This document shows positions 56,680 to 64,000 of a DNA stretch of 64,000 bases, one piece after another. The DNA comes from the human T2T-CHM13v2.0 reference genome, Homo sapiens, in the NCBI RefSeq assembly GCF_009914755.1, contig NC_060932.1; one strand, written 5' to 3'. Each line of letters begins with the position of its first letter. The first letter of the stretch is position 1. Both the position numbers and the translations under genes were made by a program. A model generated the notes under the pieces. That model saw only the letters and a program-made list of their open reading frames with translations, was not told the DNA's origin and made no database searches.

Positions 56680-58198
56680 TTGAGATTTTTTTAGCCATTA
56701 TTTCTTTAAAAAAGATTTCTGCTCCTTTCTTGGAATTTCCAAATACATGCATTGGTTCATTTGATGGTATCCCACAAACCACATAGGGTTTTATTTCCAC
56801 ACTCTTCGATTTTTTTTTTTCATTTGAGTGGATTATTTCAAGTAACCTGTCTTTGAGTTCATAGATTTTTTTCTTTTGCTTGATTGGGTAAAGAGCTAGT
56901 ATTGAGATGTTTGAAAGCTTCCTTTGAAGCTCTCTGCTCCATTTTGGATTCTATTCATTGTAGTCGTCAGATCCAGAATTACTGTTCGTATCTTTTTTAT
57001 TTGTATGTATTAGTTGAATGTCTCATTTGTTCGTGTATTGTTTTGGTGATAACACTGAGTTGTCTGTGTTCTCTTGGAGCTTGCTAAGCTTCCTTAAAGC
57101 CATTATTTTGAATTATTTGTCAGGTAATTTGTAGATGTATATTTCTTTGGGGTCAGTTATTAAAACATTATTGCATTTCTTTGGTGGTGTCATGTGAAAT
57201 TTTGTTGTTGTTGTTGTTTCTTGAAATCTTGAGTTGCCTTCTTTGCATTTCAAGAAACAATCACTTCATTCAGTTTTTACTGACTGGCTTTGAGAGTGAA
57301 AAATCTTCATCAGTCATCCCAGTTAGGCATTGTGGGGGTCTCTCAGATCTTTTCTGTGGATGCCCCACTCCATTTTTCTTTATCCCTTTTGGGGAGAAAG
57401 TATTGGTATCATATGCCTTATCTCCATCCCACAAAGCCATTTTTTTTTTTTTTTTTTCCCCTGGGGAAGTGCCCTGAAGAGTTCAAAGTCAGATGCTTTT
57501 CCCGAGTTAAGTAGAGTTTGATCTGGGTGTCTGTGTATTGTGTATGATTTTTGTAGACTCACATGTACTTTCTTCAGGGGAGCACAGAAGGTGGTGCTTA
57601 TGAAAAGGAGGGGCACGTAGAGTGCTAGGGACACATGTGGACCACCTAGGGGTCTGCAGTTAACCTGCGTTATGAGGTTGGTGGTCTGGACTCTTGGTGG
57701 AGTTTGCGAAGTGGTTTGTAAAAATCACAACACTTTATTGAGTTCTGTGCTCCATTGCTCTGAGTGCCTATTCAGTTTTTCTTCTCCTAGCTGCCTGCAA
57801 ACTATTGAGTAATCCCAATTCTCTCAGTTTTCTGGGTGTGATAAGACAGATGTTGGCCTCCTCGGTAGTGTCCCAAATGGCTAGGGAGACAGGGTGCTCA
57901 TTATACTCTCACTTTCCCCTGTGAGATAAATTAAAGGCAAAGAGGGTCTCCTGGCACAGCACTGAGCTGTGCTGCTTTGGTGGAGGGGTGATGAGGATAT
58001 AGTGAAACTGTTCTCTTACCCTCTTCAATGTGTCTATTCATAGATTAGAATAGACACCTATAGGGTGCTGGCATCTCTCTACTGGCCTCCTATTCTCCCT
58101 CAAAAATACTCTCATCCTTGTATAGTTGTCGAAATTGATGTTTGTTGGGAAGATAAGAGCTGCAAACTTCTATTTTGCCATCTTGCCAGTTATTCCAC
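56680..58198 (-). mobile_element. L1M (L1M4-like) 5'UTR/ORF1
   Basis: TCATTTGATGGTATCCCAC ORF1 motif; 5' terminus TTCTATTTTGCCATCTTG. Confidence 0.75.
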
Positions 58199-58257
58199 TA
58201 GGTTTTTATTTTAGGAATTATTAAAATTTACACTATAAAATACTTAAGGATATAATT

Positions 58258-58620
58258 TTGTTCATTCATTAATTATTTACTCAGGCTTGGCTGATTGTAA
58301 AATATTGGGAACATACCAAGGAAAAAGACAAACACCATGACCTCTGGAAGTTTAATTTCTAGTGAAGGAGACAAAACTGAACAAAAAAAGAGTGTTATTA
58401 TTTGTGATAGATATACTGTGATGAAAAAAATAAAACAATGTAAGGGGAGGGAAACCCTTGTGTAATTCTTGTCAGGGGAGACCTCCTTCAGGAAAGGAAA
58501 TTTGCTAGAGAAAGACAGTAAGATAATGAGGGCGAAGAGTATTTCAGGCAAAGGGGAAAAATTCTGGAAGTAATTTCTATCTTGAAAGAACATAATAATT
58601 TAACAGAACTCAGAAATGTC
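58258..58620 (-). mobile_element. L2a 3' end
   Basis: TTCATTCATT...ATTTACTCAGG...TTTCTAGTGAAGGAGACA. Confidence 0.7.
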
Positions 58621-58699
58621 TGTGAACTACATAAATAAATGCCATTCAACCACAATCATTGTATCACCACCTCAACTTCCCCATAGACCAGCACCTTCT

Positions 58700-58897
58700 C
58701 TCATGCCATGAGAGGAAATGTTACTAAGAGGAAGTATGAATGCAATGCAACAGAGTTCTAAATCTAACATAGTTAAAATATTGGACTCTTAGAAATTTTA
58801 CAAAAGCACATGGACCTTCCCAACACCTTGAAAAGGGCCTGTGCAGTGTGGTGACCTGAAGCTTAAGCTTCATTTATTTTATGGTGAATCTTCTTTT
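58700..58897. mobile_element. Arthur1/MER69-like hAT-Tip100 terminal fragment
   Basis: GGGCCTGTGCAG...CCTGAAGCTTAAGCTTCATT...TGGTGAATC. Confidence 0.65.
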
Positions 58898-59059
58898 AAT
58901 CAAAGGTCACAGTTTGTTCTTTTCAACTTTTTCCCAGGTAAGGAAAAAATCAGCATTTAAGTACATGGTGTAAATTAAAGGATTTTAATCCTAACAATGG
59001 GAATTCTGACCAAGAATCTCCTAATACACCAAGAGAGAGCCAGTGGGAAAAAAATGACA

Positions 59060-59980
59060 AATTCTATTTTGAACATGTTCATTTCCGGCTGTCTTATGAG
59101 ATACCTAAATAAGGATGCCCAACTCTAGAGCTCAGGGAAGAGCTGAGCTTAGAGATGCATGCTTTGGAGTCAACAACCTATAGACAGCATTCAACACCAA
59201 ATGCTGGATAAAATCACTTTTGGGCTTGAGTGTAGTAAGAGAAGGGCACCCAGGACTGAATTCTGTGACACTCTGACATTAAGTCGTTTATTTGTCTAAG
59301 ATAGGAGCTACCGTGTTGCTTTTCTGTGCTCACAGAAATGCAATAAAAAGAAACAAAAAAAGATAACTTATGAAGACGGACCATGATCATAGAAGCAATG
59401 GCCTTGGACTCGGTAACAGAATGGAATCCATCAGAAAAGTCAGGGAGCTGGCCTGAAACAAGGACAAAGGAAATTCATCCATTATAAAAGGAGGGAAAGT
59501 GGAGTATGTAGGTATATAGTGTCTAATATAGTGTACATAGGGTATAGTGAAGTGAAGGGAAGTATCAAAATATCAGAAACTCATTCTATTTCTACTAATT
59601 GCAATTCCCTTTAGGCACCTGCATATTGCTCCACATAACTATTAAAATTCTGATACCTTTGTCTTTATCTATGGATCTATCAGTGTATCAGTCTATTTAT
59701 TTCTGGTTTCCATAGTTGAATATAGAAATTCTTTGAAGGCAAGAGTTATCCATTACTGAGCATTCCTCCAAACATACGTACACATGTTTTTCAGTGCTTA
59801 GCACATTTTACAGAAATGTAGGGGATAATAATTTCCATTATTTGATCAATAAAAATAAATACATGTTTGGTTATCTACTAGAAGACATGCTCTATGAAGG
59901 CAGGAGCTTTGAGTGCTCTGTTGACTGCTCTATCTCCAGCATGAAGAAGAGAGCCCAGCCCATTAAATATTAGCTGTGTG
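59060..59980. mobile_element. L2 fragments (both strands)
   Basis: CTAGAGCTCAGGGAAGAGCTGAGC...TTTGGAGTCAACA; CTAGAAGACATGCTCTATGAAGGCAGG. Confidence 0.6.
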
Positions 59981-61139
59981 TGTATACTCTTCAATCTGAA
60001 GACTGGATATGTGGACTTTTAAGACTATTGTATACCAGGTCCACCTGAAGGGTAGAAGGAAACGATGACTCTTGTGAGGAAAGTAGTAAAGAAAAAGAAT
60101 TTTAAGGGGAAAGAGAATAAAAACAGTGGAAACAAGGATTATGTTACAACTAGTTTAGGAGTGGTTGGTACGTCTCAAAGAAATACTTATTTCAAAGAAA
60201 TAGAGAAAAATGTTGTAAAAGTCAGCCGTGGCTAGTGAATGGGAAAGATGAAGTCTGGGAATGCTAAGAACATTGTGGGAAATTCTGAGAACCAAGGTAT
60301 ATTTTACCATCTCTCATTAGTTTTATGGTAAGACTGAGGGCCAAGGTCATGATTTGCAGAAACCATAGTGTGTAAATATGGCAGCTCAGTATGTCTGGGC
60401 AAGGAGGGGACAGCGTAAGTGCTCTTTATCCAGTCTGGACTCTTGTGTAGCATAGAAAGGATCATCAGTTACTGCTTCCTATGAGAGAAGGGATGGTTTA
60501 AGCACTGGGGAGTTTTAGACGGGCTCCTTTTGGCACTAGTAAAGTGACCCTGAATAGAAGGTTTGATGGACAGGTCTCTTAAAGCTCACACAATTACCTT
60601 GCTGGGTGAAATATAGTGATGAGAGTTGGAAAGAGGCCTACTCAGCCATGAAAGGTGCTGGCCTCCCAGGAATGTGGCCTGGCTGAGCAAACACATCTGG
60701 AGCTACAAAAGCCAAGATTTGAGCGGGAGCACAGGCAGAATGCCTTAGTTAAGACTAGATAAACCAGGTTTTAGCATACATAGTCAGCAGACGGTGAGGA
60801 TCAAAGACTTGATACAGAAGAGATGAGCCCAAGACCTCCTATGAGACCTAAGATCCCTTTCTTCATCCTGATATCAGGAGGGTAAGAAGCTTTTCCTACA
60901 GCTAACAGCCATATGGGCAATCAAGAGGGTAGAAGTTGGGAGGAACAGGTCTGTTAGAGTGAGACTCTGCAACAGTAAACTACTTGAAATAACCTGGGAG
61001 ACTGCTAAGTTTACGTCTCCCTCACCCTCTTGGTCTCAGCCTAGAGAAGTGGTGGCTGGTGAGGAGGAATTGAATCAGCTAGAGAAAATAGCTTTTGCTT
61101 TTGTGGGAGTTTTGATGTCTTCTTCATTTCTGAAGAAGA

Positions 61140-61381
61140 CATTCAATCTTCCAAATTCGCAAATGGGTTCTTTTGCTTGATAAGTTCTGCTCTTGATCCT
61201 CTCTATTGCATTTTAAAATTTCTGCAGTGGGATGAAATCTGAAGAATTCTATTCTAACATCTTGCTGATGTTTATCTGATCATCTTTTGCCATCAGATGT
61301 GCCTGTCACAGTCTCCACCAGAAGCTTTATCTTACTACAGAGTCCAGATGCATTAAGGCTGTGTTCGAGCCATGATCTTCC
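61140..61381 (+). repeat. Composite local duplication (templated insertion)
   Basis: 61143-61222 copies 61906-61985; 61219-61321 copies 63898-64000; flanked by TCTGAAGAAGA repeats. Confidence 0.9.
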
Positions 61382-62439
61382 TCTGAAGAAGAAATGAAGA
61401 AGAAATTTATCTTATTTTTGGATATAGTGTTCTTAGTTGGCAGTTTAATTATTATTTTTACTTCATCACTTTGTATACGTCATCGCACTTTCTCCTGGCC
61501 TATAAGATCTCTCCTGAGAAATTTTACGTTCTACTTTACTGGAACTTCATTAAATATTATTTGCATCATTTTTCTCATTGCTTTCAGGATTTTCTCTTTG
61601 TCCTTGGTTTTTGATAGCTTGACTATAACATGATAGCTTGACTAAAACTTTGTATAGTCTTGTTTGGATTGAATTTGATTGGAGAACTTTGACCTTTCTA
61701 TAAGTGTACTATTTATATTCCTCTCCAAAATTTGGAAAGTTTTCTACTCTTATTTCTTTAAAAAAGGTTTCTACATTGTCTTTCTTTTCTCTTTTACATA
61801 TTCTTACTACTATAACACTTGCCCTTTTGATGCTGTCCTATACATCCCATAAGTTTTCTTCACATTTTTTCATTCTTTTTTTCTCCTCTAACTGTATATT
61901 TTCAATCAATCTTTCATGTTCCCAAATTCTTTCTTTTGCTTGATCAGTTCTGTTGTTGATTCTCTCTATTGCATTTTAAAATTTCATTCATTGTATTTTT
62001 CAGCTTCAGAATTTCTATTTAATTTTTTAAAAAATAATTTCAATCTCTCTGTTAAATATCCTATTTTGGTCATTTGTTCTTTTTCTAATTTCAGTTAATT
62101 GTTTGATTTTTTTTCAGGTTATTAAGCTTTCTTAAAACAATTATTTTTAGTTATCTATCAGGCCATTTTTTTATCTTCATTTCTTTTGGAGTCAATTATT
62201 GTGAGATTGTTGTGTTCTTTTGGTGGTGTTATGTCTCCTTGGTTTTTCATATTTCTTGTTGCCTTATGTTGATGTCTACACTTTTGGAAGAAGCAGGGAC
62301 TTATTTCAGTGTTTGAAGAGTGGCTTTGTCTGGGAAAGCCCTTTACCAGTCAGCCTGCCCAGAGATTTTGAACAGGTTGTCTGGTATAGTCCAAAGGTGG
62401 GTTTACTGCTGGAGTCCTCAATCAGGCTGACCTTGAGCC

Positions 62440-63740
62440 TGACTTAGCAGGTGGGTGGCCTGATGTCTGAGTCTGCAGAATTGAGGCTGAAGCCTGGATC
62501 CACTAAGGTGGACCTGTTAATTGAGTGTGTGGGGATGGCCTGGACCCTGGGTTCACAGGGAGTAAACTGGTACAGGGATGGGCCTTAATTCTGAGTCTCC
62601 AGGGGCAGACCAAGATCTGGGATGGGCCTAGTGCCTGGGATCACTGGAATGGACCTGGGCCCTGAGTCCACATGTGCTGGCTTGGAGCCTGCTTTCACAT
62701 GGGGTGGTCTTGGAGCCTCAGTCCATAGGGTCCAGCCTGGCACTGGATGTATTGGGTGGGCTTGGGCCCTGGATCTCCTAGAGCAGGCCTGGCCTCTGAA
62801 TCCTCTCAAGTCAGGGGCCACAGGGACTGGCCTGTGGCCTGGGCTGGCCTGGTGCTGGAGCTGGCATAGAATGTGGGTCCAAATGGGCTGGTCTCTAACC
62901 TAGGATTTTAGGTTCTTGCCTGGTGTCTGGAGTCACTGGGGTTGGCCTGTAGCATGGGGTTGTGGGGATTGACCTGGAGCTTGTGTCCATTAGTGCTGGC
63001 CTGGAGACTGGATCTGCAAATGCTGGCCTGCAGGCTAGGTCCTTAAGTGTTGGCCTTGGTCCTGGGTCCTTGGGAACCAGTCTAGAACTTGGGTACACAG
63101 GGGCAGTCCTGCAGCCTGGGTCTGTGGTGATCAATCAATCCTGGGGTCTGCTAAGACCATCCTGAACACTGGGTCTGCTGATGTGTGAGGCTGCAGGGGC
63201 CAATCTGGACAGTGGGTCTGTGAGGACTGGCCTGGCACTGGGCAGGCCTGGAAACTGTATCTGCAGGTGCCCACCTGGTATTAGAGGCCAGCAGTGTTGA
63301 CTTGGTGCTAGGGTATGCCTGAATCCTGGGGGCACAGGGTCTGGTTTTGTGCTGAATGGGCCTATTTTCTGTTTCTGCAGGGTCTGGCCTATTGGCTGGG
63401 TCCATAGGTGCCAGCCTGTTGACTAGGATTGTGGAGGCTGGGATCATGGGGACCAGCCCATGGCTTGGAGTTGTCTGGAGCCCAGGGCTGCTGGGGCTAG
63501 CCTGGTATCGCCTAGGCTGGGCCTAGAACCTTACTATGTGAGAGCTGGCCTAGGGTCAGCATTAAGGAGATGGAGACCGAGTCTACTAGGCAGGCCTGAA
63601 GCTTGAGGCTGTGGGATCTGGCATAAGGCATAAGAGCAGGCTTGGATGCTCAGTCTACAGATACTGACCTAGAGCCTGGGGCTGTGGGCGCATGCCCAGT
63701 GCTGGGTTTTACTGGGGTGGATCCAGTGTTGGGGTCTGAA
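62440..63740. repeat. Degenerate ~26-28-bp tandem monomers (GGGGCTGGCCTGGAGCCTGGGTCCAC-like)
   Basis: e.g. GGGGATGGCCTGGACCCTGGGTTCAC, GGGATGGGCCTAGTGCCTGGGATCAC, GGAATGGACCTGGGCCCTGAGTCCAC. Confidence 0.75.
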
Positions 63741-64000
63741 GCAAAGGTCAGTGCTAACTTATCTCTCTTTCCTTCAAATGTTGGGTATCTTCTGTCTCTT
63801 CTTTTTTTCATGCTATACCTAGGTGTGTAATCTCTCACCTCATTTCCCTAGACCTTGTGAAGATATTTTTGTGCATGGATAGTGATTCAAATTGATGTTT
63901 CTGCAGTGGGATGAATTTTGGAGAATTCTATTCTAACATCTTGCTGATGTTTATCTGACCATCATTTGCCTTCAGATGTGCATGTTACAGTCTCCTCTAG

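Larger units (their letters stand above)
61100..63951 (-). mobile_element. L1M (L1M4c-like) ORF1 and 5' region with GC-rich monomer array
   Basis: ORF1-like T-rich tract 61400-62300; 5' terminus CTATTCTAACATCTTGCTGATGT. Confidence 0.78.

Noticed and set aside
62440-63838. CRISPR-like array or Pro/Gly-rich proteins
   Set aside because: Degenerate tandem monomers without unique spacers or cas genes, in primate L1 DNA; the overlapping ORFs reflect stop-poor GC-rich repeats.

Overview
Repeat-dense primate (Alu + L1PA3, so great ape, probably human) intergenic or intronic DNA. I see no recognisable host protein-coding gene, RNA gene or CRISPR array. The long ORFs belong to one full-length but inactivated L1PA3-like LINE-1 (20996-27167, minus strand), which sits inside a two-LTR MER65 ERV1-group provirus, itself inside an old L1M 5' end. 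10.5-28 kb is a dense nest of MER4-group LTRs. The rest is Alu, MIR, L2, old L1, MaLR/ERVL LTRs and DNA-transposon remnants. Most notable: (i) a 240-bp two-part templated insertion at 61140-61381 copied from sequence 0.76 kb and 2.68 kb downstream; (ii) an inverted duplicated LTR fragment at 19856/20192; (iii) a CpG-rich ancient ERVL LTR at ~8.5-8.9 kb that may be an exapted promoter, with candidate minus-strand splice sites downstream; (iv) a nested palindrome cluster at ~46.95 kb. I found no evidence for a genuinely new biological system. Repeat names come from remembered consensus sequences, not a database search, so subfamily labels and old-repeat boundaries are approximate.
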